Shown here piece after piece: positions 63,252 to 64,000 of a DNA stretch of 64,000 bases. Under the pieces are notes generated by a model. The model had not been told where the DNA came from. It was given only the letters and a program-made list of their open reading frames with translations, and did not search any database. Positions within the stretch are counted from its first letter, which is position 1. Each line of letters opens with the position of its first letter. Position numbers and translations under genes: made by a program. The DNA is from Cyanidioschyzon merolae (Eukaryota). The DNA is taken from NCBI GenBank assembly GCA_000091205.1, contig AP006495.2. One strand, 5' to 3'.

Positions 63252-64000
63252 ATGAATAGTTACTGGAAGGACAACGCTTACAGCACGCTCGCTACGAGTC
63301 TAGACGGGCAGCGAACGCATTCGCCCCGAGACTCACCACTGGTAACCACCAGGGCGCCAATGGAGGCAGGCCAAGAACACGAGGACGACTTGGCTCAAAT
63401 AGCGATCGTGTCTTCACCAGGCTTACCGAAAATGATGGGCTCCTTGCACCCAGCAGGTTCCCTGTATGAAAAACCAGTTAACTTGCGGCTGGCTGTCGAA
63501 CAGCACCACGCGTTGCGAAGACTGCTCTCATCGCATGGTATCAAGGTCTACGACGTGCACGATATTCTGCTCAAGGACACGGAGCGCTCTGTCTCTGCTC
63601 GCGTTGCTCTGGAAAAGCTTGCTGCGCGCTGCCTCACGTACCAGTTTAGTACTGACGTTGATCGCGCACGCCTCGACGACTCGGAACGCAGCTTCATCGC
63701 CGACTCGTACAAGGAGAAGGTTCTGGAGGTCATGGCACCTGAACAGCTTGCCGATATTGTCAAGACCAATCCGGTAGTCACCATAGAGCCGAGCGGGCGC
63801 GATACCGGCTTCACCGCAAGTTATGCTTTCAAGCCGCTCACCAACTTGATGTTTACGCGCGACCAGCAGGTGACCACACGTCGCGGTATTGTCATGGCTC
63901 GACTCCGTTCCGAACAACGCCGCCGGGAAGTCGATGTCATGCAGTTCTGTTTTGAAAAACTGAAACTCAAAATCATCGGCCGCATACCGGAAAATGCGTT
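63252..64000 (+). CDS. Amidinotransferase-superfamily protein (DDAH / arginine deiminase-like), 5' partial; continues beyond the window
   Basis: Open frame from the ATG at 63252 to the window end, not in the ORF track because no stop falls within the window. PLTNLMFTRDQQVTTRRGIVMARLRSEQRRREVDVMQFCFEKLKLKII matches the ADI/DDAH block (NLyFTRD ... [20 protein letters not shown]). Confidence 0.5.
   Translation, partial: MNSYWKDNAYSTLATSLDGQRTHSPRDSPLVTTRAPMEAGQEHEDDLAQIAIVSSPGLPKMMGSLHPAGSLYEKPVNLRLAVEQHHALRRLLSSHGIKVYDVHDILLKDTERSVSARVALEKLAARCLTYQFSTDVDRARLDDSERSFIADSYKEKVLEVMAPEQLADIVKTNPVVTIEPSGRDTGFTASYAFKPLTNLMFTRDQQVTTRRGIVMARLRSEQRRREVDVMQFCFEKLKLKIIGRIPENA

Noticed and set aside
1-64000. 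Prokaryotic origin, suggested by long intronless ORFs, TnpB-like genes and a GdhA/ClpS/SDR content
   Set aside because: The gene set includes unambiguously eukaryotic nuclear functions (Leo1, TFIIF-alpha, SERCA, cyclin/F-box, nucleoplasmin-like, HSBP1, ELO, SIRT6/7, GT49). Genes are separated by kilobase-scale intergenic regions with microsatellites, and there is no operon-like organisation.

Overview
This is about 64 kb of GC-rich (roughly 55-58%) nuclear DNA from an intron-poor eukaryote. The lineage cannot be determined from sequence alone.

Conserved single-copy genes lie on both strands as long uninterrupted ORFs. They are 5-formyl-THF cyclo-ligase, a PHO84-type phosphate transporter, a SERCA-type Ca-ATPase, a GT49 glycosyltransferase, a glutamate dehydrogenase, HSBP1, ClpS, an SDR reductase, a PI synthase, an ELO elongase, TFIIF-alpha, Leo1, PCCB, a nucleoplasmin-like C2H2 protein, a class IV sirtuin, a 1458-aa CDK-like kinase/cyclin/F-box-LRR fusion, and a partial DDAH/ADI-like gene.

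The striking content is a family of Fanzor (eukaryotic TnpB-like, RuvC nuclease) elements. One near-full-length copy (about 46.9-49.5 kb, minus strand) has its roughly 735-aa ORF broken only by a 1-nt shift in an A-run and reads through into PCCB. At least six internally deleted or degenerate copies lie in the first 30 kb, all on the plus strand. These share a 5' segment, the RuvC-III-encoding 3' end and a downstream region encoding an mRNA-cap-(guanine-N7)-methyltransferase-like ORF. A further TnpB-like fragment (zinc finger plus RuvC-III) sits at 61.7-62.0 kb.

Several microsatellites are present. No rRNA, tRNA or CRISPR features were recognised.

All calls are from reading the translations and nucleotide sequence by eye. 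No database search was run.
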